The notes beneath the pieces are model-generated. The model worked only from the letters and a program-made list of their open reading frames with translations. It had not been told where the DNA came from and made no database searches. Below, in pieces: positions 37,610 to 50,865 of a DNA stretch of 64,000 nucleotides. The DNA is taken from NCBI GenBank assembly GCA_951406725.2, contig OX597815.1, forward strand, positions 54,312,001-54,376,000, in the 5' to 3' direction. Within the stretch, counting starts at the first letter, position 1; every line of letters begins with the position of its first letter. The translations under genes were made by a program, and so were the position numbers. This DNA comes from Octopus vulgaris. Taxonomy: Eukaryota.

Positions 37610-40600
37610 AAGGAGCTAATAGCGTCTAGGGTAGCGACATTTCCGTCACAAGATTCTGACGTGGATTATGATCAATATGAGTCATACGTATCACCAATGT
37701 TTTGTATGAAACTGATTTTAACATCATACACATCCAGACACATTTCGCAACACCTGTTAATTATGACATTGAAGAATATTTCTATGATCTGCAACATCCA
37801 ACTCTACACTGAGAAGCAACAAAGACATTAAAGAAGAGGACAAGAATGTAAAAACTGGACAGATGGCTTCGACGTTGAATTGACAAAAGGATATTAAGGA
37901 TTCAGGCTTTACCAATTACATAGCTACGATGACTACATATGGTTTAAAGTTTAAACCCAAAAGATACAGACGTCGAACGAGCAGGCTGCAGAACTACCTG
38001 GAACAAGTAGAGAATTAATTTTTTTCGGACTCTTTAAATATTTGCATTATATACCCATACTAAATAATACTATGTTCAACTGTTCTATCTTGTATTCAAT
38101 TACAAGCACTTATAAATAGATCTTGAAACACACTGAATGGAATTAAAACAAAGTTAATTCTAATGACTCTTTCAGGTTTATTTTCTCAATAAATCGTAGA
38201 TATAGGTGTTATCACTTTGTGGACTTTTTCTGGCCACTAATACCAGCATCACATTTATCGTGTCTCCATGACTTTCAAAATGCTCTGAACAAGATATAGT
38301 ATACAACCCTATGTTCAGCTACATAAGTATATAAGTATTATGATTCTACCAGTTCCGTCGCTATATATGACATTATCAAACATTTACTTAGAATACTGTT
38401 CGATCCTGGCAATAATGTGTACTGATACCCAATGTGTTTAATCTATTTCGCTGCTATATCCAATAGACTGGAAAACAGCTAACAACCAAGCACTATCAGT
38501 AGTGGCAGCGAATAATTGCAAACGTTCGTCTGGCTTTGAAATCACATTGGCTGGAGAAAAGAAATTTAGTAGATTATTTTTTCTGATGTTTTTTTTCTCG
38601 TACTTTGCTCAGAGTGTAGGATCTGGAATCATAGCCATCGTTGGCTCTGCGAAACTGGAGAAATCTATGTATCAGATCATCCCATAAGTTCTGTCCGAAT
38701 TTTGAATAAAGAAAACAAGTGATCAAATGTTATATTTAATAGCAATTTAATCATCAATGTACTTTCCCTGATTATCTATGACATCCTTCCATCTATTTAC
38801 AAGCTTTTTAATCCCATCAATGGAAATCTCTTTTGGTTTCAAAGGGAAGAACTCTGAAATATCAGTTTCCACCTCCTCCTGGCTTGCGAAAGTTATGACC
38901 TCCAAATGATTCTGTAAATGACGAAGCAAATGGTAATCTGAAGGAGAAAGGTCGGAAGAATAAGGTAGATGAGGAATTTTTTTTCCCTACCAAGCTCTTC
39001 AATCTTCTGTGATGTGATCTTTACAGTGTGGGGTCACGCAATATTCTGATGAAACATCTCTACTTTTCGATTCATTAAAGCAGGTCTCTTTTCTTCAAAG
39101 CTTGGTTCAAGCGCTCTAATTGCTGACAGTAGACTTCAGCATCGATTGTTGCATTAGATGGTAACAATTCAAAGTGAATTACTCCTTTGCAATCCCACCA
39201 GATAGAGAGAAGAACCTTTTACCGTGAAGTTCCCTTCTCGGTTGCGGTTGAGCTTTTTTCCTTTTACCAAGCCACTGTTTTCAACGTTTAACATTACGAT
39301 AGAAGATTCATTTTTCGTTACCATTCACAAGTCTATCCAAAAAAGGGTGAAATGAGTTCGCAACAATGGAGAGAATAGCAGATGTCAACTCGGGATTTGC
39401 GGTTACTTTCGGACAACTCATGAGGCACTCATTTTCGAAGTTTAGGAACCTTTCCAAGTTGTTGAAAATGACGATGATCAGTTGTATGGTTTGAATGCCT
39501 CAAGGACCTTAACATCAAACTCAACTGGAAGTCCTGTTCGATCTTCATCTTCAAGGCTGAAATCTCCACTTCTGAATTTTTCAAACCATCTTCTGCAAGT
39601 TCTTTCATTCAAGCATTCTTTCCCATGAACTGAGTGTATGTTCCGAGTCGCTCGGCTGCAGAGTTTCCTTTTTTGTGCTCATAAAGCATTATGTACCTTA
39701 AATGCTCTTTGGATACTTCCATGTTAGAAAGGGTTTTAATCAAAGAAATTTTAATTCTCTAATTCTGTATAATAATATTTAATTAGTTTAAATGTATACA
39801 ACTGCATTAAAATAAATTTTACTTCCATTAGACATTCTAAAATACTATTAAATTTCACTCAATTTTAAAAAAGGTAAAATCGGACAGAACTTATGGGATG
39901 ACCGTATAGTTAAAACTCCTATAGAATGGCTGCAAGTTGGAGGTTTTAAGAAAGATAAGCACAGAGAGAGAAGGTATTCATAGAATAACTAGGTTCCCAC
40001 TTCAAACAAATAAGAGGATTATCAAAGCAAAATATAACCCTTTAAATACTATAACTAAAGCAATGCAAATATGTTTAGGTGATTAGCAGGAGTTCTCGAA
40101 ACTTACTCTCATTTAGAATAGTCAAACGAACCAAATATGATAAATATTGTATACAAAATCGATTTGCGATAACAGATCTTCTACACAATGTACATAATGC
40201 TTCATCGTCAACCTAACATTTTCACAACTATTAAAAGATACAGGTAGAAATGAATCTTTGCAAGTTCAAAAGAGAAGTAATCAGAATGTAGAGGAACTTG
40301 CAATTTTTGTTACTAATCTGCCACAGTAAATATTTGATGACGAGTTACATGAACAAATTTTTAAAAAACTGGAGCTAATGTCTTAAAAACACTACAAATT
40401 GAAACGGAGCACTTAAGCATGCCATATATTTTAATGAAATTATCAGTGATTTGCACATTGAGTAAATCAATACTCAAAATAACACAATGTGTTATCTTGC
40501 AATTAGCTAAGATATATTTGCCGGTAAAATCTGGAGTTATCTCTGGTAAAACAAAAACCTAGCTAACATTATAGACAAACAGGTCAACACTAATAATATA

Positions 40601-40730
40601 ACACGAGTCGAAAATTCAATATATAAGCATGCATATAATCAGAAAAATCAGCTTTCTATTTTTACATGGTATATAGTACTACATAATAACAAGACGATCT
40701 GTTATGGAACTTATCTTGTAACGCGTATCG
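37610..40730 (+). pseudogene. L: Endogenous viral element: paramyxo-like L polymerase, N-terminus/CRI joined by a deletion to CRIV-CRV; interrupted by a mariner
   Basis: NIIHIQTHFATPV (37720), PGNNVY (38405), RIWNH..IV.SAKLEKSM (38618), FPLQTNKRIIKA...T...ICLGD*QEFS (39994-40098), K/SICDNRS (40155), EELAIF..LHE (40291), C..QLA..L/R..W (40490-40534), FTWYIV (40661), RIA (40724). Compare measles L HLDSPI, GN..Y, R.FGHP, LPL....I..A..T...C...W..F, DKA, LA.FL..HEI, CSVQLARALR..W, YGWFFV, RVPY. W-to-W is 45 aa and W-to-R is 19 aa, close to the recalled measles distances. Confidence 0.8.
38672..39906 (-). mobile_element. Mariner transposon (same family as 14437-15457), inactive
   Basis: Same TIRs, TA TSD, motif YSSDLSPSDYHL. 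Confidence 0.95.
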
Positions 40731-43700
40731 CTTAATCCCCTCCAGAGTTATTGGTAACTCTCATACAATGTTCCACATTATGGATTTAATTTCTTCTTTG
40801 GCTCTTAGGGCTGCTAATACTCTACCCTCGAATGGTTCGCCATTTCTGGGTATTAATTTGGACAGGCCGTCCTAGCGTTTTCGAAGGTAAATATTCCTTT
40901 GCATAGTCATAATTTAATGGCAAGGTGCTCCATCGCTGCAACTTATTTGCTGTATGTATTGAGATCCCTTTCTTTGATCCATAAATCTTTAGCAACGAGC
41001 GATGGTCTGTTTGTAGTCTAAATCATCTACCATATATAAACTTGTGGAATTTTTTTATGCCAAATATAATCAGCAATATCTCTTTTTCAATTTAGTTATA
41101 ATTTTTACCGCTGGCAATAGCGTCCTTCACGCGTGAAATATGGCCTTTTTGTTGCCATCTTCACATTTGTGTAGGAGTACAGCACCTACCCTATGCTCAC
41201 TAGCATCTGTCGCCAGTATCGTCTCCAAATTTGGGTTGAAGTGTGTAAGCGACAAACCTCAAATTAACATGCGTTTTAGTTTCTCAAATGCCTTCTGGCA
41301 TTTTTCAAACCAAAACCATTTGGCATGCTTTTTTTAACAGCTCATTTAGTGGAGCCCTTGTGTTGTGCATGTTCGGCATATATATTTGATAGTAGCCTAC
41401 CAAATCTAAAAATTCTTGTAACAATTTTACGTTAGTTGGGGGAGGCATATTTGGTATTGCCTTCGGCCTTGATGGGTCTAGTCACCTAAATATTTGATTT
41501 TTTCATCAAAAATTCACTTTTCCTCTGTTGGTCTAAACCCATATTTATTTTTCTGAATACATTTTTAAATATTTTGGAAGTGTTTTTCCACTTACCTGCT
41601 CTTAATCAAAATAACATCTAGATAAGCGATAGTGAAGTTGCAATCATTTAACAGTGCGTCCATCACTTGTTGGAATATGGCAGGTGCCACTTTTACTCCA
41701 AAAGGAAGCCACTTGAATTTATACAATCCACGGTGTGTGTTGATTGTTAAAGGGTGCGCAAAATCTTCCTCTACCTGTATCTGTAGATAGGCCTCCGGCA
41801 GGTCTAACGTCAAGAAACTTTCTCCTCAATTTAGTTTTGAGAACACTTATTCTGGGCTTGGTAATGGATAATTCCGTTCGACTAAACAGTTATATAATCC
41901 AGTTGAAATGTCCGCACACATTCTTAGTTTATAATTTTTTTCCTTTACATAAACCATCGGAGCTGCCCAATCTGAATGGTCGACTTTTTCAATTATAGCT
42001 AGACTTTCTAGTTTTCTAGCTCTTTATTGGCCTGGTCCAACGCCGCAGACTGTACGTTCCGTTTGGGCCTCAAAAACAGGTGTTGTCTTTTCTTTTACCA
42101 CGATCCTCCCTCTTGTTTTGTGCAACAGCCTAATCCTTCTAAAAAAATAACATTTCGAAACAATTTGTTAATTTTTGTCTAAGTTGTTCGATTTCATTCG
42201 ACCTTTTGACCGTGCCGACTATATTTCCACAGCGAACACTAATGGGGTGTATCCCATATTTTAAATAACTCCATGCAATATCAACCAAATAGGTTTAGAT
42301 ATTTTTTCAATACATAAATGATTGTCCTTTTCTTTTCGCCTCAAAAAATTACATTGGAAATACATTCGCCGATGAAGCATGATTTCTTTCCTGTAACACT
42401 TTATTTCATATAGATAATTTCGGCTTACCGATTTGTCACCATGTTCCTCCATTTATGATAGTGATGTCACTACCTGTGTCTAATTGCATTTTGACACTAG
42501 TGGTTTCGATTCTCACATTGATGAATTTTCTATTCGTTGTACAAACTTTTTTCTCCGATGACAATCTATTTACTTTTTCTCGTTTGGTCCAATTTCATCT
42601 TAGTTCTGCATTGCGATTTAATGTGTCCTGTGTTCCCACAACGAAAACACTTTGCTTTTTTGAACGGACACTCTTTTTTCACTTACCTACCACTACATGC
42701 CATACACGGGTTTGTCTCCTGATGTATGTCTTGTCTTTTTGTGAAATACTTTATTCGTCTTCCAACTCTTTCATACTAGTTTTATCTGTAAACAATCTCT
42801 GCGTTGGATTTCTTCTGTGACGTGCCTTACTTTTAATATCACATCGTACTCTTCTGAGAGTTTCTGGGGAGTTATATCCTGGTTTATTTCCAGCTTTGCG
42901 AGAATTTACGTTCTGACTTCTGCGTCCTTTTTAGCAGTAAGTCCCTGAACAAAAAGAGGCACTTGAACGAGCCTAGAGTTAGTTTATCCAGTTTAAATAT
43001 CTCGCACTCTCCGTTCACTCAATCCGGATATGTGGTAAAGTCTTCGTCATTGCTTTCCTCAGTATTCAAACACTTCCAAAGTGTTTTGATCAACGATGTT
43101 TTTTTCACTAAACATCCTACATAAAATGTCAATTGTGTTCGTGAAATTTATGACAGAAACTTATTTAGGCAATATAGAGTTACAGTATTTCTCATGCTCT
43201 GTCGTTGCCAGTTTCCTGAGAATTAGACGCGTATTTATTCTGTCGTCCAGTCTTGGCATTACTTTTCAAAAACCTGTTCAAATCTTCGGTAATACGACTC
43301 GAAGGTGACTCCTTCTTCAGGGTCATACTTAAAATCATTTATTGAATTTGTTACATGGTCTGGCGAAAATGCATTTTCCGGTTTTGTTACCAACTTCATT
43401 AGTTGTAGCCTTGTTGCTGTAACAGTTGTTGTTGTTCTTGTTGTTCTTTGAGTTGTTGTTGCAGTTGTTGTTTATGTTGTAACTCAACTAGACTCACTAA
43501 CCAATTTTCAATAATTCTACGATTTTTGTAAAATATGTACAACAAAAATGTTTGCTACTCTTCTGTCGAGTTCTTAATTTCTCCACGTGAAATATTTTTT
43601 CAACGTCATCCGCGTGAATTGCTAATTCATAGTGAAAAGAATTTTTCAACGCTGTCCGCATGAATTATTTCCTCATCACAACTGTTATAAAGTGGATTTT

Positions 43701-44018
43701 CGTCCACTTGTATGTAATTGTCGGCACTGTAATATTTTTGCCACCACTATTATGTTGTGGCGCTATTGCGCGTCTTATTATCTTTGACTCGTCTATCATG
43801 CTATCACTGATAGCTCCGAAAGACAATGACTTTGAAAAGTCTACCTTGACGGTAACTCGAACTCGTAAATATCATGTAACTGACACTGACTCCAACTGAG
43901 AACTCGTACAACGACTCTACGACTACTGACCTCCTAGAACGACTCACTGTCTGTCTTTATAGTGGCCCAATCATACCACATTGTCACGTGGAAGGGGAGT
44001 AGCATTTTTACTACAACA
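40730..44018 (-). mobile_element. Gypsy/Ty3 LTR retrotransposon: 5' LTR + gag-PR-RT-RH; integrase and 3' LTR missing
   Basis: LTR 43753-44018 (tgttgtgg...ctacaaca), PBS-like tggtggca, gag FKYDPEEG, protease MQLDTGSD, RT LPFGVK.APAIFQ and YLD, RNase H TDAS. Confidence 0.93.
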
Positions 44019-44529
44019 TTATTATTCCAAATAGAGTTCTTTCTCAAAAGATGCACTTTTACTTCTCATTTGATCTTTTAATCTTTGTACTTATTTGTGG
44101 ATAACTTATTTACGTATACAAACATATGTGTATATGTCTAGGTATATGTACGTACTACAGCTTAAACTCTAGTATACGCTTAAATTTATAGTCCGAGGGT
44201 AGCATCTGTATATTGCGTATTAGGTTGGTATAGTTCCTTCCATATATGTTATGTTGAACAATTGATTTCTATAGCCATGTAAAAGTGCATTATTGTTGTT
44301 CTGGTCTGTTATATTTTTATCTTACTGACACTTTTAGCAGGAACATTATAATGAAAATGAATATCAAATAAAGACAAGTAAAAATAAGAAAACTGTATCA
44401 AGCCAAATAAATTAGTTTGCTCAGTCTAAATTTGACAGTCTGTATAAAGAAAAAGAAAATACAATATTTCATCCCAAAATATGAGTATTTTTTTTTAAAA
44501 TCAACCAATATCAAACCGTATTATGGTAT

Positions 44530-45221
44530 ATCTCATTGTTTCCCTAGAAAAATATTCGAACACCTCTTTGGTCTCGGCCCAGCGTTGGTATTTCAGACGG
44601 AACATATGGTGTCTTTTCCAGCCGTGTCCCACTCATAGTAATCCACAGAATTACTATCGGATCAATTAGAAGGCCAGAGTTGGTGAAGTCGTAGAAATTC
44701 TCTGACAACCACTACTGACCCTTAGCAGAAGCATGGCAAGGAACCGAATCCTGCTGCCACACATATGGCTTTCCAACAGTAATACTTTCCAACCATGGTT
44801 TCACCAGTCTCCAGCAACTTCACATAGCCGTCTGAATTGAGTCTAATTATCTCTTCAAAGATGTGCGGATAAACGTCGACATCCGGACACATTCAGAACG
44901 CCATGTGCATCCCTTTCTACTGACCAAGACTTCGTAGTCTCCGTCACAATTCTATATATAGGCCTTGCAGTCTTTACAATGTTCACAAAGCATTCAGTAT
45001 CAGTCATGATGCAGGCACTTTTATACCTGGTATGAATCATCATAATATAGGTAACTTTTTTTCAATATTCAGATGACTTCCAGTCCTCTGTGTCAGTTAA
45101 CTTTTTCTCAACTACAACTTTATTCTTTATCCTCTCCAACGCCGTTGACCTGTTTACCAATACATCAATCTGTTCCTGAAAAGGAGACAAAAAATCGTCA
45201 AATTTGGCCCGGATACCTTGT
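44530..45221 (-). mobile_element. Tc1/mariner (maT/DD37D-like) transposon fragment
   Basis: LNSDGYVKLLE..KPWL...YVWQQDSVPCH...DYY. Terminus ta|caaggtatcc. Confidence 0.75.
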
Positions 45222-45884
45222 ACAATATTAATACTCTGTTAATAAGCTTACAATGTATAATTCAAGTACGTGAATTATATAAATTTTATGAAACGAACAT
45301 GAAAAACAATTTCTTGAAAGCATAGCTTATACTTAGGACACAAAGAAATCAACCATCTTAGGAACCGGTCATTTACTAACAAAGTGTTAATAAATGATAG
45401 TCTACTGTATTATAAAATTTCCGAGTGTATCGTTCATGAAAAACTGAAATACCTAGTTATATCACGTACTTCTCACAGAAATACATTCAAGTTATTTACA
45501 TATTACACTGTGATACAATATTTCAAGAAAGACCTGCTCAGAATCCGACTGATATATGTATTGCTATGATATATCTCTTCATTACAATAGGTGACTATGA
45601 AAACTACTACGTATAGATATTGCTGTATGGTTAGGATCAAAGCGGCTCGAAGAGCCATATCCAATACATATTTATGTGTTTCTACGTATATATGTATACA
45701 TATATATATATATATACAATCACACACACACACATACATGAGCACACACATTCACAACATAAAAGCATACATACATAGATATGAATTTCATTTTCCAGTG
45801 ACAAAGAAAACCAGTGCCCCTAAAGAGCCCCGTAAGGACCAGGGAAAATATCTTCAAACCAGCATTATAACCCAAATGTCTGTT

Positions 45885-46120
45885 AAAAGGTAATGGTAAA
45901 GCTATCTTCTTGATTCACGCTGACTCATAAGGACCGGTTCCCAGTTTCAAGGCGCATAAATTCCCCACCTGGGCGGGACACCGCAGGATTACTCATTTTT
46001 GCTAGCTGAGTGGAGCAAGGTAAAATGAAGTGTTTTGGTCAAGAACATAACGTATCGCTCGGTTCTGGAATCGAAACTACAACTCAAGATCATGAGTCCA
46101 ACACCTTAACCACTAAGTCA
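45885..46120 (-). mobile_element. tRNA-derived SINE related to family C, with a (tttacc)-type tail
   Basis: cttagtggttaaggtg...gtttcgattcc head, ttcttgaccaaaacacttc core. Confidence 0.75.
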
Positions 46121-46139
46121 CAACCCAAATGACTGCGAC

Positions 46140-47158
46140 AAAGTGGATTCGGTGAAAGGCACCCAAGTGCCAAGTAGAAGCATTAAACCGTACGAGGTTT
46201 TATGTATATCGCCCAAGTATGCTAATTTCAACAATGGTAAAGAAAAGATTATTGAATCAGCAGGATGGCGAGTTGACATGAAATTTCTTTTTCATTTGAC
46301 CAGAGTTTTTCATTTCTTTGAAGAAACCGGCAAATTTCCTACTGTAACGTTTCAAAAAATACAAGTAATACAAGATGGAATTCTCGAGCAATACTAGCTA
46401 TTTTGGCATTTATTCTTCTACCAGAGAAAATAGTTTTACTTCTCTATATTTGTCGATTCATCTCTTACAGCTGGGCAGATTTTTGGTTTACTGACCAAAC
46501 GTTCAATGCATATGGTTATCAGAAGTTTTGTGGTAGATTGCAATTTCATAAAAAAGCATTGAACTCTGTAAACAACTTTTGGGGTCGAGAACCATCAGAA
46601 CTGGAAATTCCCGGAACAAATCAGAGTGCAGAACGTGCAATCAAGTGCCTTCAAGATCTTTATGATGTTTGTAAAAAGGAGAAACTTTAGCTTCGATTTA
46701 TTTTATCTAACAAAACATATTAATTCTTTCTTATTTTTAAAAACTTGGTAACATTCAGCACTCTTTTTCTTATACAGTTATTTAAAATTGGAATTAAACC
46801 TATAAAGTTAAAAATATATATTGTTCTTAATTTTGTATGTTATCGAATGCTTGTAGTGGCTTCTGTATTAAAATAGCCTAGTTTTGAACCTTTGCATAGA
46901 GCAATTTCAATTCAGTAATCTTTAAAATGTATAAATACACTTTTATTCCACATCTCTCTTGCGTTTACAAGGATTTAGGCAGCGGAAATACTGAAGTGGA
47001 AATCTAGTGCCACCTAGTGGTTATAGTTTTAAAAGCCAATAACTCCGAAGCTACTTCAACTAGAAAGCTGAAATTTCAGATATACTATTTCTGCATCGCA
47101 TTGAATCAGCACACCAAGTTTGGTAAAAACTTGAGCAGGCGTTATGAACCCCACTCTA
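46140..47158 (+). mobile_element. hATm-like DNA transposon 3' part
   Basis: RWNSRAI and TNQSAERAIK motifs. Terminus ccccactcta (TAGAGTG on the reverse strand). Confidence 0.6.
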
Positions 47159-47334
47159 GGATTTTGCATTATTTGGGTCAAAAGTGGTAATCGATTACTT
47201 AAGTTGAGAGGTAACGATTTTGTTTCAAATAAAGCAAAATAGATGTTAGTTTCCTGACTTTTATGAAATTATTCAACGAATTACTGTATAGGGTTATTAG
47301 GTTGTGAAAAAGTCATAACACTATATATATATTA

Positions 47335-47585
47335 GCTGTTTTGTCGTATACGAGCAAAGCCATTGCTAGAGAGAATCATTCAAATGAGTCATTGTTGATG
47401 CAATGTGAGGCCCTTGTATGAATCTTGAGCCCAGCGAAAGATTTGCACATTCTATTGGAACACGTGCCATAGTATGAACTCTTTTGACATACCTTTTCAA
47501 TCCTCCAACTGAGAGACACACCTTTCCACATGTTGCACATGTTCTGTTGTGAACAATATCCATATCAATTTACCATGGGTCGATC
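47335..47585 (-). mobile_element. RTE LINE 3' end with a C2H2-like finger
   Basis: CATCGKVCLSVGGLKR...H followed by a short UTR ending at (TA)n. Confidence 0.7.
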
Positions 47586-48759
47586 CCTGTAAGTTCTCTG
47601 GTGGCTGACCAGGCCCGCACGACTCAAACACCTCCTCTCACAAACCACACACACATACAAAGCAACACTCCCTCATTTTCCAAAAGTTTATTCTTTCTTA
47701 GCCTTCTATTAATCTTTTCGTGCTTTATTTTCTCTCTTTCAAATGTCGAACAACCACTATGCACTCTCTTCCTCTATCCACCACGGTCTTGTGTCTCCCT
47801 CACCCAATGTGTATGTACATTGGTATTTGTACACATACACATAAATACAGACGCATACACGCCCGCTAAAACAAGTGGGCATCTATATATTTTCCCAGAC
47901 TAACACGTTTGCACCCATACATTAAAACACAAACGCAAAAATATATATACTTACATACAAATCCTGTACACGCACATCCACACGCATACCAATATATGCT
48001 CTTCAAGACATGCATACACATATTCATACGTTTACGCACCAATGCAAGAATACATATATTTACGCACACATTCACTCATATATGCTATATATACTTACGC
48101 GCGCACACACTAATATATACATTCTAAATATGTTTGCGCACGCACACGTAGTTAGTAGGCACTAGTACAACGTATTCACACGCTCATACATACATACATA
48201 CACAAAACCAATAGCATATACACATCCACACTTTCATACATCTGGTATACACTCACAAACATGGATACGCACACACACACGCACCCATGCACGCACACAC
48301 ACGCACACACACTTATACATGGGCTTTGCTTCTATTGGGCTCCAGCCGATTAGAGGTCACTTGTCACGCGGTCTAAGAAATAACTCTTTCTAACGGAATA
48401 GCTATTGCTGTCAACACCATGTGACCCACCTTCACCAATAGCAACCCATTTTCCAGTAGCTATCTTGGACTTCATGTACCTATCCAATCGATAATCTGAT
48501 CCTGAAAGAGGTGGGTTTCTGTAAGAAGTCCACGAAACTTTAAGTCTCGTAGAGTCGAATCAAATGGTTTTACATAGTAATACAATTAGTATTATGTAAA
48601 GCACTTTCATTCGGCTCCAGGCGACTTAAAGCTAAATAATATACATATAAACATATGCTTGTGTGTGTGTGTGTTTGTATGCGCGCGCGCATGTGTGTGT
48701 GTGCATGTGTGTGAGTGTGTGTGTGTGTGTTTATGTGTGTGTGCACTTGCGTGTGTGTG

Positions 48760-48995
48760 TGTATAGGTATGTATCTATATGTTTGAATCTTTGTAGTCAT
48801 GTTTGTCTTCCACCGTCACCTGAACGGTATTGTTTTGCTTACCTCCTAGAAACTTAGCGGTTCGTCAAAAAGAGGACGATAAAAAAGTATCAGATTCAAA
48901 CATAAGTACAGTGTAAATTTGTTCCACTAAACTCATTAGGGTGGTGCACCAGCTTGTCAGCACTCCAAAGACTGAAGCAAGTAAAAGATAAGGGT
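48760..48995 (+). mobile_element. Family B SINE 3' half, degenerate
   Basis: aacttagcggttcg...gactgaagcaagtaaaaga. Confidence 0.7.
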
Positions 48996-49290
48996 AGTTT
49001 TTTTTTATCATTCCATTGTCCACTTATCTTGGGAATTTTAACATATAGTTATTTCCCACACAAAGTTATCGAAATATTCTTTCTCTTAGTGTTCACCCAG
49101 AGCTAACGTAGAATTTTGATGCAAAGAAACTCCTGACATAGAAACTGCGATTAAAAAGAAGTCATCAGTAATACTAACAATATTCCCAGTGAAGATAAAG
49201 GTGAGAACTCTGGAATGTAAATAAGTTAAAATTAAAGTAAATCATGCAGCGAGAGGTACAATCTGATTTTAAGTATATATGAGGATGGCA

Positions 49291-49326
49291 GTTAATATGT
49301 TTCGGTCTTATCAGACCTTCATAGGG
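49291..49326 (-). ncRNA. Decayed minimal hammerhead motif
   Basis: cCT-ATGAa-ggtct-gata-agacc-GAAAC-ATAT. One core G is deleted and the cleavage triplet is damaged. Confidence 0.4.
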
Positions 49327-49627
49327 AAGTACAGTCTAACTTACAGCAGAAAATAAATTGACTGAAAATTTATACGTGAAGATAAGTAAATTTAAATCAA
49401 AAACATTAGCATTCTTTTTGAATGGTGTCTTCTGAAGATTATCTAGTTATGTCTGCGTGAACATAGTGAAAAGAGCCAAAAAATAAAATAAAAACAATTG
49501 TAATTAATTTAAATTAAATCACTAATCCAAGGAGTCATTAGCGTTAATGGCAATTTTTTCAATGGAAGACATAGCAGAGAATATAAAATTTTGCAGTATA
49601 AAAATACTGCAAAGCGGAAGCCACTTC

Positions 49628-49629
49628 TA

Positions 49630-49668
<39 letters not shown>

Positions 49669-49730
49669 TTGCTGCTGCTGCAACTGCTGCTGCTGCTGTT
49701 GCTGCTGCAACTGCTGCTACTGCTGCTGCT
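49628..49730. repeat. (CTA)n/(CTG)n microsatellite
   Basis: Directly visible. Confidence 0.95.
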
Positions 49731-50409
49731 ATACACAAAATAACTTGAAATCTGACTGCTGTTCAGTCTGTTAATTAAATGTTTTTGCAGCTATTTCTAT
49801 TGTAAATATTTCACAATTACATTATATATGGAATATATATTTAACTATCTCCCTTTCTTATTACGTACACATTCATACTCACACACACATTATATACACA
49901 TTCTTTTAAAAATAGTTACATGAATTGATCATCTATAAACTTTATACAGTTTACTCACTGATTTCAACTCTAAATAGAAATAAAAACAATGTTGCACTCA
50001 GTATGTTTGGCAGTAATTTAATCAATAGACTTCTGAAACTTGTATTTGGAAACATTAACTTTCTATTGTTCTCATATTTCTTTGTCAGTAGTGTTGACAG
50101 CAAAAGAAGTCGATAGGTATATATAACTCAAATATTCCCGGATTACTTTTCACATTTGTTCAATATGCCATCGTTTTACTTTTATTCTTATCTCTTCTTT
50201 CACCTTATTTTTGTTATTATATAAATATAATCATTGTTCTCACTTGTCACTTTATTGTTTATGATTTTTCCTTCTCTCATATAATTACTACCTCATCATA
50301 CGTTGTAGAACGTTGAGTGATGTCCATTAAAACTCAGACTTTTAAATTTAGATGGAATGTAAGATTTTAAATATTTAAACATATTAATGATGCTTTGTAG
50401 TATATGTGC

Positions 50410-50865
50410 AAGACCATCAAATTCGTGAAAAGCGAGGGAGTAGGTCAATTAGATGACCCCAGAGCTTAACATGTACTTTTTTAAGTGTGGTACTTATTTT
50501 ATCGGTCTCTTTTGCCGAAAGAGGTGAAATACAAAGTCAACCTGGTGAAATTTGTGGGTAAAGATAGACGAAATACCGCTAAGCATTTCTCTGGACGTGC
50601 TAACGATTCGATGCCTTAATTTAAACATATTAATAATAAAAAAGTACTAATAATTACTAGTTCTAATATAGGGGCGAGACCAACGATTTTGAGGGAAGGG
50701 ATTTAGTCGATAGTATCGATCCCTGAGCACAAATAGTACATTATTTTATTAAGCCTAAAAAGATGGAGGACAAAACTGAGCTCATGTGAGATGTGAAATA
50801 AAGGGCTAGAATAAATTACGCAAGGTAATTTTTCCGACTCTCCAATAATTCTTCCAGCTCACCAA
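50410..50865 (-). mobile_element. Two degenerate family A SINEs in tandem
   Basis: gacgaaataccgctaagcattt and related core fragments. Confidence 0.65.

Noticed and set aside
48320-48570. DIRS-like RWVTWC fragment on the minus strand
   Set aside because: A single short motif is insufficient support.
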